Below, piece by piece: positions 1 to 9,675 of a stretch of DNA of 45,494 nucleotides. How positions within the stretch are numbered: the stretch's first letter is position 1; the number at the start of each line of letters is the position of its first letter. The DNA comes from Kiritimatiellia bacterium (lineage in GTDB: Bacteria; Verrucomicrobiota; Kiritimatiellia; RFP12; UBA1067). Both the position numbers and the translations under genes were made by a program. The notes under the pieces are model-generated. The model was not told where the DNA came from, searched no databases, and worked only from the letters and a program-made list of their open reading frames with translations. Location: assembly GCA_017411125.1 (NCBI GenBank), contig JAFPNP010000097.1:1-45494 (forward strand), given 5' to 3'.

Positions 1-999
1 AGCTTCGACGACGGCACGCTCGCCGATTCCGTCACCGGCAGCGCGGAGGGGACGCGCAACGTCGGCGACAACGAGATCAGCGGCGGCATGCTGCACTTGC
101 CTGGCGGCGCCAAGAACACGAAGCACGTCGATCTCGGCGCCAACCCGATTACGACGGACAGCGCCACGCTCGAGTTCTGGTTCACGCCGCGCGCGAATAC
201 GGTGTGGACGAAACTGTTCAGCCTCGGAAGGGATACCGGGAGCGTCGTCACCCACACCATGTTCCGCGATTCCAACGGCGGTCCTTCCGGAGTGGATGTC
301 GCCCCCGGCGGCGGAACGTACGGCGGAACGGGAACGCTCGCGGTCGATGCCAATTACTATATGGCGATGACGTTTGACTACGACGAGGCGACCGGCACGA
401 CTGTGGTCAAGGCGCATTGCTACAACGCCGATACCGGCGCCGCGGTCGGTTCGATCTCGCAGACGCTTCCGGACTGGAGGCTGACCGAGAAGATCGACCA
501 GACGTATTTCTGCCTCGGCGCGTCGTTCTGGAACGATACCGACGCGGCGCTCGACGTCGACGAAGTGCGCGTGTGGAACGGGGCGCTTTCGCCGGCCGTC
601 ATCTATCGCAACCTCAAGAACGGACCCGGCGTCGCGCTGCCGACTTCGGAAGATGGCAACCAGAATGTCGCCGTGCTCGACCTCGGCGGACAGACGCTTG
701 AGCGCTCGGCGCTTTCGCTGAAGTCCGGCACGGTGCAGAACGGCACGCTCCGCATCACCGGCACGGTCGACTTCTCCGTCGGCGACTACATCGTGAACAA
801 GGGCACGCTTGACCTGAGGGGTTCGTCGATGCGGATTGCCGATTCCGAGAAGGTACGTTCCGGAGTGTTGATCAAGTGCCAGGACGGCGGTTCCATCATC
901 GGCGTGCCGAAGCGCGGCAATCTGCCCAATGGCTGGATGGTTCGCGTTGTAGACGGCGATCTGGTGCTGGTCAAGAGCACGTGCATCATCCTCAGGTAG
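1..999 (+). CDS. LamG/concanavalin-A-like lectin domain protein, C-terminal part (5' end outside the window)
   Basis: Frame 1 is open from base 1 (SFDDGTLADSVTG...) to TAG 997-999, so the track's Met at 88 is internal. LEFWFTPRAN...W.KLFSLG and DEVRVWNGALS are typical of Laminin_G_3-type domains. Confidence 0.6.
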   Translation, partial: SFDDGTLADSVTGSAEGTRNVGDNEISGGMLHLPGGAKNTKHVDLGANPITTDSATLEFWFTPRANTVWTKLFSLGRDTGSVVTHTMFRDSNGGPSGVDVAPGGGTYGGTGTLAVDANYYMAMTFDYDEATGTTVVKAHCYNADTGAAVGSISQTLPDWRLTEKIDQTYFCLGASFWNDTDAALDVDEVRVWNGALSPAVIYRNLKNGPGVALPTSEDGNQNVAVLDLGGQTLERSALSLKSGTVQNGTLRITGTVDFSVGDYIVNKGTLDLRGSSMRIADSEKVRSGVLIKCQDGGSIIGVPKRGNLPNGWMVRVVDGDLVLVKSTCIILR

Positions 1000-1010
1000 C
1001 GCTGAGACCG

Positions 1011-1919
1011 ATGCAGACGCTTGGCATTCGAAGACGTGATTTCATCGCCGCCGCGGCGGCGTTCGCGGCGGCGCGGGGGCGGGCCGAGGACGCGGCGGCG
1101 CGGCAGCGCAGGCTCGTGGACAAATGGGAAGAGGCTACTTGCCTCGTGGCGCCCGCCGACTATGCAAGATACATGCATGACGGCGACACGCGGGGCTTGA
1201 TTGCCCTGAAAGCCGCCGAACTCGCCTTCGACAGGGTGTTGAAGGCGGCCAAGTCCACTGTTGTCGCTAGTGACGCGCCTGCCGTCTGGAGCGTGTACAA
1301 CATGGGATATGTCGTCAAGACGCGGAAGTCGCTCTTCGCGATAGACCTGAAGCACAGGCGCGCGGCGGAGTTCGCGCCGCTGCTGGACTTCGCGCTCGTC
1401 ACCCATGTCCACGGCGACCACTGGAGCAAGAACTTCTGCAGCGCGATGGATTCCGCCGGAAAAACTGTCGTATCGCACTTTCTGGAGAACAAGGGGGCGT
1501 CCTTGTGCGGCTTTTCTCCCGGCGAAAGGACGCTCACGGTAAACGACGTGGCGATAAGGACGTTCCGTGTGGACCATGCGCCGGAGAAATGGGGTATCGA
1601 CTTCACCACCGCGTTCGAGATGCGCATCGGGGACTTCCGCCTTCTGCACACGGGCGATTGCAGTCCGGCCAACGACAAGCTGTGCGTGAAATGGGGGAGG
1701 CCCGACCTGTGGCTGTTTTTCCCGATGGGCAGGATAGACGTGGCCGACGCTTTGCGCAGGGTGGATCCGAAACGCTGCGTACTCGGCCATCTTTGGGAGT
1801 TGAGCCACGGCATCGACAAAGGCAGGGCCCGCAAATCGCACATCGAGCGGGCGTTGTCCATGGCAGGTCCGTGGCGCGACAAGACGTCCGTCGCATTCTG
1901 GGGCGACAGGATCATCTGA
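1011..1919 (+). CDS. MBL-fold metallo-hydrolase with a twin-arginine (Tat) signal peptide
   Basis: Track ORF 876..1919 trimmed to the in-frame ATG at 1011, giving MQTLGIRRRDFIAAAAAFAAARG (RRxF motif plus hydrophobic region). The metallo-beta-lactamase motif THVHGDHW (HxHxDH) is present. Confidence 0.7.
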   Translation: MQTLGIRRRDFIAAAAAFAAARGRAEDAAARQRRLVDKWEEATCLVAPADYARYMHDGDTRGLIALKAAELAFDRVLKAAKSTVVASDAPAVWSVYNMGYVVKTRKSLFAIDLKHRRAAEFAPLLDFALVTHVHGDHWSKNFCSAMDSAGKTVVSHFLENKGASLCGFSPGERTLTVNDVAIRTFRVDHAPEKWGIDFTTAFEMRIGDFRLLHTGDCSPANDKLCVKWGRPDLWLFFPMGRIDVADALRRVDPKRCVLGHLWELSHGIDKGRARKSHIERALSMAGPWRDKTSVAFWGDRII

Positions 1920-1952
1920 ACGCAGACGCGCTGAGGACGACGCGCCCTGCCA

Positions 1953-1982
1953 TTGCGTTTCCGGGATGGGATATGATATAAT
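1953..1982 (+). promoter_or_regulatory. Candidate sigma70-type promoter upstream of the FAD oxidoreductase gene
   Basis: TTGCGT (1953-1958), an 18-nt spacer, then TGaTATAAT (extended -10; hexamer at 1977-1982). It lies in the 156-nt gap before ATG 2076. A GGAGA Shine-Dalgarno sequence sits at 2066-2070. Confidence 0.35.
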
Positions 1983-2075
1983 GATTACGTCTGTTCGCAG
2001 GGGTGCATCGTCTGCATTGTCTTCGCAACGGGTGTTGCATCGTAAATCTGCGGGCGAGGTAAAACGGAGAATGAA

Positions 2076-3434
2076 ATGAAGAATTCGGCAATATCGTTTT
2101 TTGCATCGGCCGGACGCGGTTGCGTGCTTGCCTGCGCCGTGTTTTGCGCTGTCGCCGTATCGGCGCAGCCGGGTTCGGCCGGTGGCGTCGTCTACGACGT
2201 GATCGTCGCGGGCGGAGGGCCTGCCGGCATCGGAGCGGGCTACATGGCCGCGAAGCGCGGCGCTAAGACGCTTGTCCTTGAAAAGAGCGGGCGTCTCGGC
2301 GGCATGGCGGTTTCGGCGATGGTGAGCCCGTTTTCCATGGCGACCTACAGCCCCATCGCCAAGGATATCGCCAAGAGAATCGGCTTCGGGGGCAGCGTCG
2401 ATTTCCACATGGCGGACGTCCGTGCCTACGAACTGCTGAAGGAGGCGGGGGCCGATGTCATGCTCCATGCGGACGTGCTGGGGCCGGTGATGGAGGGAAA
2501 CCGCGTGACTGGCGTGCGCGTCCACTGCGTCGAGGGCGAGCGTACGTTCAAGTCGAAAGTCGTGATCGACGCGACCGGCAACGGCGCGGTCGCCGCCGCA
2601 GCGGGCGTGCCTTACGAGGAAGGGCGTTCCGGCGACGGACTCGTCCAGCCCATGAGCATCATGTTCACCGTTGGCGGCTTTGATCCGGCGAAGAGGTTCA
2701 TCTGCGTTTCGGAGGAGCACGCCCGCAGCAAGCGCTGCATCGTCAACGGCAGAAAATGGGAGGATATCGTGCAGGACGAGATCAAGGCGGGCAAGTTGCC
2801 TCCTGAAGTCGGCGTGATCCGTCTCTATCCGGGCCGCGAGAGGAACATCAACGTGGTGAACGCCACGCAGGTGAACGGGTTGTTCGGTTCGCGTTCGGCA
2901 GACCTCACGAAGGCGGAGATCGCCGCGCGCAAGCAGGCCGCGCAGATCGTCGATGTGATGCGCCGCCACCTGCCCGGCTACGCGAACGCCCGCATCGCCG
3001 AAATGCCGGCGGTCGTCGGCGTGCGCGAGACGCGCCGTTTCGAGGGAGTGGACCGCCTCACTACGGAGGACGTCCTTTCCGGCCGCAAGCGCGAGGATGC
3101 GATCGCCCGCCGGTGCTCGTTCGTGATCGACATTCATAATCCCGCCGGCGCCGGGCAGGCCGACGGGCACGACAAGGCCGTCACCGGCGGCGCGCGCCGC
3201 GTGAAGCCGTACGACATCCCCTACGGCGCGCTCGTGCCGAAGAAAGTGGACGGTCTGCTATTCTGCGGACGCTGCCTTTCGGCTTCGCACGAGGCGCTTG
3301 CCAGCTGCCGAGTGATGGGGCCTGCCATGGCGACCGGCATAGGCGCGGGCGCCGCGGCCGCACTCGCCGTCAAAAAGAGCATAGACGTCCGCGCCGTTGA
3401 CGCCAGGCAGCTCGATCTTTTCCAGGAACGGTGA
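2076..3434 (+). CDS. FAD-dependent oxidoreductase (FAD_oxidored / GIDA-like Rossmann family), probably exported or membrane-associated
   Basis: Hydrophobic N-terminus (FFASAGRGCVLACAVFCAVAVSA), then the dinucleotide-binding motif DVIVAGGGPAGIGAG...LVLEK. Normal amino-acid composition. ATG preceded by GGAGA. Confidence 0.8.
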   Translation: MKNSAISFFASAGRGCVLACAVFCAVAVSAQPGSAGGVVYDVIVAGGGPAGIGAGYMAAKRGAKTLVLEKSGRLGGMAVSAMVSPFSMATYSPIAKDIAKRIGFGGSVDFHMADVRAYELLKEAGADVMLHADVLGPVMEGNRVTGVRVHCVEGERTFKSKVVIDATGNGAVAAAAGVPYEEGRSGDGLVQPMSIMFTVGGFDPAKRFICVSEEHARSKRCIVNGRKWEDIVQDEIKAGKLPPEVGVIRLYPGRERNINVVNATQVNGLFGSRSADLTKAEIAARKQAAQIVDVMRRHLPGYANARIAEMPAVVGVRETRRFEGVDRLTTEDVLSGRKREDAIARRCSFVIDIHNPAGAGQADGHDKAVTGGARRVKPYDIPYGALVPKKVDGLLFCGRCLSASHEALASCRVMGPAMATGIGAGAAAALAVKKSIDVRAVDARQLDLFQER

Positions 3435-6400
3435 TGGGCGGAATTGTCTCAAGGCATCTTTTCGCGCTGGCTTTCGCGTTTTGCGCGTTCGCCGCGCACG
3501 GCGCCGGCGGCGGGGCGATCGTGTTGCAGGTCGGGAGCGACTGGTGCGAAAGCGGCGAAGACGTGCGCAAGACGTTCAAAAGCCCGGCTTTCCGCAGAAT
3601 CGTGCGCAGCGGCGGCTTCGACCTCGCGGTGTATGACGACATGGAATCGCCCACTCCAAGAGTGGCGTCCGCGAACAAGGCGCTGGAGAGAGTGCGCGTT
3701 CCGTCCTGCCGGTATCCCGCGATTTCGCTCGTCTCGTCGTCGCCGCACAGGCTCTTCGGCCTTATCGAGAACATCCCGTTCGATGTCGAGCCGGAAACCC
3801 TCGCCCGACAGATCAACGCTGCGATCGCCGCGCACAAGGAGGCCGAGGCGCAGTTCCGGCTTGGCGGCAGGATGGTCAAGGCCAACAAGCCGCAGGAAGC
3901 AGCCGACGCATACGGGCGCGGCTTTGAAATCCTTTCGGACCATGTCGGCGAGCTCGAAAGGAAGCGGCTTCGCGTAGGCAGGTTCGCATACGTAAAGGAA
4001 TGGCAGGAACTCGTGCGACTCGACAAGGACAACCGCTACGGATGGAAGATGCGCTTCGAGTCGGAATACGGCGTCGAACTCGTGGAAGAGGCGAACAAAC
4101 TGCGAGAGAAGGGATATGCCGACGCGCAGCAGAAGTTCATCGCGTCGATACGGCGAATCCCGACCGACCATCTGACCGTGGTGCAGCGGCAGTGCATAGA
4201 AATGGCGGAGTACGCCATCGTGCGCGACGGCGCCTCGGCGAAGGCGGAGAAACTGCTGCGCAAGACACTGGCCCTTGGCCGCGACACCGTCTGGGGGCAG
4301 TGCGCCATGGGATACCTCATTCTCTCCGGCGCGGACATCGAGAAAAAGGAACCGCGCCGCGCGAAGCTGCGCCCCAGGCCGCCGCAGGAGGCGAAGTCGC
4401 GTTCGATAAGCGCAAACGCGCTCAAGGGAAGGCTCGCTAAGATTCCCGCGGAAGGCGAACTGGACGAGGCGCAGAAATCAGACATTGCGCTCTACGCCGC
4501 GCTGCGTCGCGTCGGACTGGAGGATCTCAATGAACTCGCCGCGCGCGACGGCGCGTGGGATTTCCTTTCGAAGTTCCTCAAAGACCGCGTCTGGATGGAG
4601 GACTTTGCCTGGAGCGGGCCGTGCCCGAAACGCGCGCTTTTCGCCCTGGAGTCGCTCGTCTACCAGGACGGCGGACGGTGGATCGACGGCGACGGGCCGG
4701 GGCGGCGCTTCGCCACTGCCGTCGCGCTGGAGTACCCGGACTGCGACGAGGCCTGGCTGGCGGACTTCCTCGCCGCCTACCGCAAGACGGCGAAAACGAA
4801 GCGGCTGCATCTCCACGCGCTCACGCAGCCCGTATGGCAGTGGCGGTACGCCGTGGCGCCGCGCGGTTCCATCGATACGGACGATCCGCCCAACCAGCAG
4901 CGGTTCATGGACAAGTTCTGCAACATGAACGTGGCAAGGAACGGCGGCGCGCACAGGTTCGTTCCGTATCGGATGTACAATTGCTTCGGCGAATACATCC
5001 ACACGGCCGCATACTATGAACCGTGGGTCGCGGCGGGAGAATGGCCGAAGAGGAAATATACCTATATAATAGGCGGCGTCTGCGGCGAGCTTTCCACGTT
5101 CGGATCAATCTGCTCCGCAGCGCACGGTCTGCCCGCGATCCCGTGCGGGCAGCCGGGGCACTGCGCATACACGCGGCGCCTCCTCGACGGCTCTTGGCGC
5201 ATCGACAACAACATAGCTCCGCCTACCACCATTCGCCAATTCTGGCCGGGTGGAGGACTGTGGACCTATTTCCAGGCGAACGAGGGGACGTTCGAGGGCG
5301 ACCGCGAAAAGCGTCACGACGCAGATCGCTTCACGGAGCTTGCCCGCTTCGCCGCGCGTTCCGGGCGTCCGGCGGAAGAAGTGGCGGCGTTCCACAAGCG
5401 GGCGTGCCAGTCGTGGCCTTCGCACTACGGCGCCTGGAGCGCATATTCGAAGTGGCTGGCGCGCGCGCAGCGTCCGGCGGAAGAATTCCGCGCGTTCGCG
5501 CAGTCCGCAGCCGCGGCCTTGAAAGGATGGCGCCAGCCGCTGTGGGACTTGCTTACGCCCTACTTCGAGCAGACGGCCGCAGAGGAGGACGGCGCGGCGA
5601 AACTCGCCGCTGCGCTCGTGGAGTTCGCTCCGGCGCTCCGGCAGAACGAAGAGGCGATACAGGAAGAGGGCGATTTCAGGGCGGCAATCGCGCGATGGGC
5701 GAAGCCGGTCGCCGACGACGGCAAACTGATGGACAAGGTATCGATGGCGGTGCTGTCCGCCCAGGCGGGCACGCGGGACTATTTCGCGCAGGCGCTTGCG
5801 TGGTGCGGCGACTTCATCGTGGACGACAAGGATCGTCTTGCAAAGCTGCTGGCGCTGGCGGACAAGGCGGCAAGAAGGAAGAAAGGGCAGGACGGCCCGG
5901 CCCGGTCGTTCCTCGCGCCGCTCATCCTGTCCGCCGCCGCAAACGGAAACATAGCGGTGTTCAGGCGGCTTTCGACGCTGCAGGACAAACTTTCCCGCTA
6001 CAGGCCAAAGGGCAAAAAATTCCCGACGCGCGACTTCGGCGAGAACTTGGTTTCCGACAGCGGGCTGCTCAGAACTTCGTCTTCCGCGCCAGGCGACGCC
6101 CCGGAGCGCCACGCCCATGCGCTCGACAACGGTCCTTGCGACGGAAGTTCGTTCCGGACGGACAAGGAAGACGCGCCGTGGGCCATGGTCATGCTCCCGA
6201 AGCCTTCGGCCGTGAAGGGCGTGGTCGTCGTCAACTCCGACAAGGACGAGAAAACCCAGACGATGATGACGCCCATCGAAGTCGAGGTTTCGGAGGACGG
6301 ACAGAACTGGCAGCCGGTGTTCGTAGACGACATGCCCCGCGAAACGTACCGCGTGGACATGAGGGACAACAAAAACAGATATCTGTGCGTGCGCGTGCGC

Positions 6401-6469
6401 CGCACTCCCGGTGTGCAAGAGAAGCCGGAGCCGTTCCACCTCGCGAAGATACTGGTCTACGGCAAATAG
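3434..6469 (+). CDS. Large secreted protein with a transglutaminase-like Cys-His-Asp core and a C-terminal discoidin (F5/8 type C)-like domain
   Basis: The start is either ATG 3434, sharing its A with the upstream TGA (GTGATG), or GTG 3431. Signal-peptide-like LFALAFAFCAFAAHGA. GGVCGE (Cys codon 5081-5083), PGHCAY (His 5159-5161) and WRIDNN (Asp 5204-5206) resemble the transglutaminase-core triad. The last ~130 aa (ALDNGPCDGSSFRT...WAMVMLPKPSAVKGVVVVN...VEVSEDGQNWQPV) have the galactose-binding/discoidin pattern. Confidence 0.6.
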   Translation: MGGIVSRHLFALAFAFCAFAAHGAGGGAIVLQVGSDWCESGEDVRKTFKSPAFRRIVRSGGFDLAVYDDMESPTPRVASANKALERVRVPSCRYPAISLVSSSPHRLFGLIENIPFDVEPETLARQINAAIAAHKEAEAQFRLGGRMVKANKPQEAADAYGRGFEILSDHVGELERKRLRVGRFAYVKEWQELVRLDKDNRYGWKMRFESEYGVELVEEANKLREKGYADAQQKFIASIRRIPTDHLTVVQRQCIEMAEYAIVRDGASAKAEKLLRKTLALGRDTVWGQCAMGYLILSGADIEKKEPRRAKLRPRPPQEAKSRSISANALKGRLAKIPAEGELDEAQKSDIALYAALRRVGLEDLNELAARDGAWDFLSKFLKDRVWMEDFAWSGPCPKRALFALESLVYQDGGRWIDGDGPGRRFATAVALEYPDCDEAWLADFLAAYRKTAKTKRLHLHALTQPVWQWRYAVAPRGSIDTDDPPNQQRFMDKFCNMNVARNGGAHRFVPYRMYNCFGEYIHTAAYYEPWVAAGEWPKRKYTYIIGGVCGELSTFGSICSAAHGLPAIPCGQPGHCAYTRRLLDGSWRIDNNIAPPTTIRQFWPGGGLWTYFQANEGTFEGDREKRHDADRFTELARFAARSGRPAEEVAAFHKRACQSWPSHYGAWSAYSKWLARAQRPAEEFRAFAQSAAAALKGWRQPLWDLLTPYFEQTAAEEDGAAKLAAALVEFAPALRQNEEAIQEEGDFRAAIARWAKPVADDGKLMDKVSMAVLSAQAGTRDYFAQALAWCGDFIVDDKDRLAKLLALADKAARRKKGQDGPARSFLAPLILSAAANGNIAVFRRLSTLQDKLSRYRPKGKKFPTRDFGENLVSDSGLLRTSSSAPGDAPERHAHALDNGPCDGSSFRTDKEDAPWAMVMLPKPSAVKGVVVVNSDKDEKTQTMMTPIEVEVSEDGQNWQPVFVDDMPRETYRVDMRDNKNRYLCVRVRRTPGVQEKPEPFHLAKILVYGK

Positions 6470-6482
6470 GCCGCGCCGCCCG

Positions 6483-7604
6483 TCAGGCCATCGCGCGGAA
6501 GTAGTCGCATACTCGCCGGACGTCGGATGGAACTGGCGCGGTCGAAAGGAAACAGGCCGTCGAATCGGCGTCGGACGGATCGTAGCCGTGCATGCCGTTC
6601 AGCGGTTTCACGCCCATGTCGCTCGGGCAGAACTGTATTCCGGGGTCGGCGAGGAATATCGCGTCGCCGAACTTGCGGTCTTCGCGCCACACGCCGTGAT
6701 GCTGCATTTCTTCCTCCGAAAGCCAATGTCCCTTGAAATCTTTGAATGCAGTTCGTACTTTCGCCTCCGCACCGTCCGCAAGCCACCAGAACCGCGCCAT
6801 GGTGGAGTCGATTACGCTTGCGTAGTCTTTTCCCCACGCAAGCCCGGTCTTCGCGATGGCGGCGGGCGCGTCGGCGGTACCGCGCAAAGGGGTCATGCCG
6901 TGGTCTGAGAACACCGTCAGCTCGAACGGGCGTCCGCCTTCGACGAGCGCGCGGTGAAGTCCGCGGATGGTCTCGGCGTAGGCGTCCACCTTCGGACGCA
7001 GCACTTCGTCACGCCCGACGTTGTCGTGCTGGATGGCGTCGAAGGCGGCGGAGTAGACGAACGCCCGGTCGATTTCGCCCTTGCGGAACGCCTCGGCGGC
7101 GATGCGGAAGTTTTCGCTTTCCGGCAGCCTCCAGTCCGATATGAGGTGGCGCATTCCTTTTTCGCTCCAGACGTCCGCCAGGTTTTTCACCGGGGCGAGA
7201 CCGCCCTTGACGAACAAATCCGTCTTTTCGCAGTAGTCGAGCAGGGGAAGACGTTCCACCGGCACTCCGTAGAGCTGGAAATATCCCGTGAAGCCATACA
7301 GGCGCTTCACCAGCTTGGAGAGCTGTCCGCGCACCCTCCCGCGCTGCCAGAATCCGCGCGGCTTCAAGAACGGCGCGACGAGGCGCATCGCCTTGAACGG
7401 GCTTTTCGAAGGCGCGTAGTCGTAGAACGCGAGATGTCCGTGTACGGAAGGGCGCTCGCCGGTAAGAATGGTCGGAATGGCCGTGCAGCTGTATCCGAAC
7501 TGCATTTCGATGGCGCGGCGATGCGGCAGGATGTCGGAGAGGAATCCGTAGCGCTCCGCCTGTTTCCATCCGAGCGCGTCGATGAACACGAACGCTTTTA
7601 CCAT
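6483..7604 (-). CDS. Alkaline-phosphatase-superfamily enzyme (type I phosphodiesterase / nucleotide pyrophosphatase family)
   Basis: Track ORF 6483..8384 trimmed to ATG 7604 (MVKAFVFIDALGW...). FIDALGW and GYSCTAIPTILTGERPSVHGH (Thr nucleophile region) are typical of PF01663-like enzymes. The upstream 260 codons of the ORF are Arg/Pro-rich and overlap the GT4 gene. Confidence 0.7.
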   Translation of the reverse strand: MVKAFVFIDALGWKQAERYGFLSDILPHRRAIEMQFGYSCTAIPTILTGERPSVHGHLAFYDYAPSKSPFKAMRLVAPFLKPRGFWQRGRVRGQLSKLVKRLYGFTGYFQLYGVPVERLPLLDYCEKTDLFVKGGLAPVKNLADVWSEKGMRHLISDWRLPESENFRIAAEAFRKGEIDRAFVYSAAFDAIQHDNVGRDEVLRPKVDAYAETIRGLHRALVEGGRPFELTVFSDHGMTPLRGTADAPAAIAKTGLAWGKDYASVIDSTMARFWWLADGAEAKVRTAFKDFKGHWLSEEEMQHHGVWREDRKFGDAIFLADPGIQFCPSDMGVKPLNGMHGYDPSDADSTACFLSTAPVPSDVRRVCDYFRAMA

Positions 7605-8671
7605 GCGAGGAACTCCTTGATGAATCTGTCCGGATCGAACAGCCGCTCCACGGTGTCGAGCGCGTTCGCGCCCATTTCCGCCAGCCGGGAAGGGGACGCC
7701 ATGGCGTCGAGCGCTTCGGCGAGCGCCGCCGGGGTGCGGGCCTTTGCGGTGCGAGTGCGTCCGTCGGGCGCCTTGGGGAACAACCCGGTTTTGCCCGGAA
7801 CAAGCCAGTCCCGCAGACCGCCCACGTCGAAGGTTACGACCGGGACTCCGTGCGAAAGAGCCTCCGCGCCAACCGTCCCGAACGGTTCGTTCCAGAGCGA
7901 TGGCACGGCGCACACGTCCGCTTCTCGGAAAAAGCGCTGCGCGTTCTCCTGCCAGCCCTTGAAGACGACGCCCGGCGGCGCGGCGCGGCGGAGTTTCGCC
8001 TCGTCGCGTCCAGTGCCGACCACGGTGAGTTCGTGCGGCGTATTCATCATCCCGGACGCCTTGACAAGCATCCCGACGCCTTTGCCGGCGATGATCTGTC
8101 CCATGAAAAGCACGCGCAGCGCGCCATGCGGCATCCAGCCGCGCGATTCCGCCTCGCTGCGGAACGGACGGACGAACAGCGGGTAGAGGACTTTTACGTT
8201 CTCCGGCGCGAATCCGTTGCGCAGCAGATTCTCCTTGATGTAGTGCGATGGAACGAACGTCCTGACGCTCCGCATCTCGTCCAGGAACGCGCAGAGCGGA
8301 CGGAACAGGTTTCGCATTAGATAGCTTGGCCGGGTCGCCGCCGCGCATATGCGGCACGGCAGAAACGAATACGTGCGGTTGCACAAATGGCGAAAAGGGT
8401 CGTAGTAGTGCCGGCGGAGGCAGTACAGTTCATGGTCGTGCGCGTAGAACCGCAATCTGTCGCCGTATCTGGATTTCAGCCGCCGGAGTCCGTCCACGGT
8501 CGGAGGGATTTTCTGCATCAGCACGAGGTCGCGGTCGTCCAGTTCCTGCGGAGGATCGCCGGCCACGTCTACGACGTGGCCAAGTGCGCGGAGCGCGGCT
8601 GCGGCGCGTTCAGCGAACCGTTCCAGTCCGCCGTACAGATGCGGATACACGCCGGTGAACAGTATCTTCAT
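7598..8671 (-). CDS. Glycosyltransferase family 4 (GT-B, GT1-type)
   Basis: Trimmed to ATG 8671 (MKILFTGVYPHLYGGLERF). C-terminal EX7E-type motif SLWNEPFGTVGAEALSHGVPVV. Overlaps the downstream gene by 7 nt (ATGGTAA). Confidence 0.8.
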   Translation of the reverse strand: MKILFTGVYPHLYGGLERFAERAAAALRALGHVVDVAGDPPQELDDRDLVLMQKIPPTVDGLRRLKSRYGDRLRFYAHDHELYCLRRHYYDPFRHLCNRTYSFLPCRICAAATRPSYLMRNLFRPLCAFLDEMRSVRTFVPSHYIKENLLRNGFAPENVKVLYPLFVRPFRSEAESRGWMPHGALRVLFMGQIIAGKGVGMLVKASGMMNTPHELTVVGTGRDEAKLRRAAPPGVVFKGWQENAQRFFREADVCAVPSLWNEPFGTVGAEALSHGVPVVTFDVGGLRDWLVPGKTGLFPKAPDGRTRTAKARTPAALAEALDAMASPSRLAEMGANALDTVERLFDPDRFIKEFLAW

Positions 8672-9675
8672 TTCCGCCTCCCCGCGTGGAACCCGCGATA
8701 GCCGGTGAGCCGCCCGACCAGGACGGCGGCGAGGCGCACTCCGAGGACGCGCAGGAGAAGTCGCTTCAGCCACGCCGTGCGCCGGGGCCAGTCGATCGCC
8801 GTCAGCCATTCTCCATGCGCCGCGAAGGCGTCCAGAAGTTCGGTCCTGTCGGGTTCATGGAAACCGGGCGTCGCGAGGTAGAAACCGAACAGGTTGCAGG
8901 CCAGAGTGGACTTGAATCCGCGCTCGACCTCCGGGGGCAGTCCGGCGGATGGAATTTCGGCGTAGACATGGGCGGTGACGCCGAGTATGTCGCGCACGCG
9001 CCGGGGCGTGAACGTTTCCGTTGCCGCGCCAGCGCGGGCCGGCAGATAGGCATAAAGCGGTTCGCGGGCGATGAACACGCGACGGAGACCGGCGAGATGG
9101 AGCGGCAGCACGTCCACGTCCTCGTGGATCAGGCCGTCGCGGAAACACGGAAGCGAATCGCGCCGGTATATGAAACGCCATGGCTGCCAGTTCATCCCGC
9201 ACACGTCCCGGCGGGCGAAGAGGATGTCGAACGCCTCCTTCCCGGAATACGGGCGGTTGCCGAACGTTTCGTAGGCGGGCGGTACGCACGGGCGGAGTCC
9301 GCCGTCGGACTGGATTTCGAGATACGGGAATTGGAGGCAGTTGCAGTCCGCGTTCGCGTCGGCGAGAGCGGCGATGCGGCGCAACGCGCCGGGGACGTAC
9401 GCGTCGTCCGCGTCAAGCCAGACGATCCAGTCGCCGCGCGCTTCGTCCATGCCGCGGTTCCTCGCGGCGGAGACGCCGCCGTTCGATTGGTGTATGGCGC
9501 GGATGCGTCCATCCTGCCGCGCAAGCCCGTCGAGAATCTGCGGCGTGGAGTCCGTCGAGCCGTCGTCCACTACAACCGCCTCCCAGTCCGCAAAGTCCTG
9601 CGACTGAAGGCATTTCACCGCGCTTTCCAGATGCGCCTCGCCGTTGTAGACGGGTATGACGACGGAAAGTTTCAT
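8668..9675 (-). CDS. Glycosyltransferase family 2
   Basis: Trimmed to ATG 9675 (MKLSVVIPVYNGEAHLE). VVDDGSTDST and WLDADD (DxD) motifs. ATGA overlap with the GT4 start. Confidence 0.8.
   Translation of the reverse strand: MKLSVVIPVYNGEAHLESAVKCLQSQDFADWEAVVVDDGSTDSTPQILDGLARQDGRIRAIHQSNGGVSAARNRGMDEARGDWIVWLDADDAYVPGALRRIAALADANADCNCLQFPYLEIQSDGGLRPCVPPAYETFGNRPYSGKEAFDILFARRDVCGMNWQPWRFIYRRDSLPCFRDGLIHEDVDVLPLHLAGLRRVFIAREPLYAYLPARAGAATETFTPRRVRDILGVTAHVYAEIPSAGLPPEVERGFKSTLACNLFGFYLATPGFHEPDRTELLDAFAAHGEWLTAIDWPRRTAWLKRLLLRVLGVRLAAVLVGRLTGYRGFHAGRRK

Noticed and set aside
786-3170. A 794-aa minus-strand ORF, together with similar long ORFs such as 5023..6504(+), 5105..6439(-), 15056..16963(+), 18658..19989(-), 18897..20051(+), 23998..26505(+), 25658..27220(-), 29021..30736(+), 41708..43588(-) and 39917..41329(-).
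   Set aside because: They lie antisense to, or out of frame with, genes that have clear family motifs. Their products are dominated by Arg/Pro/Gly/Ala/His runs, which is typical of non-coding frames in high-GC DNA where stop codons are rare.
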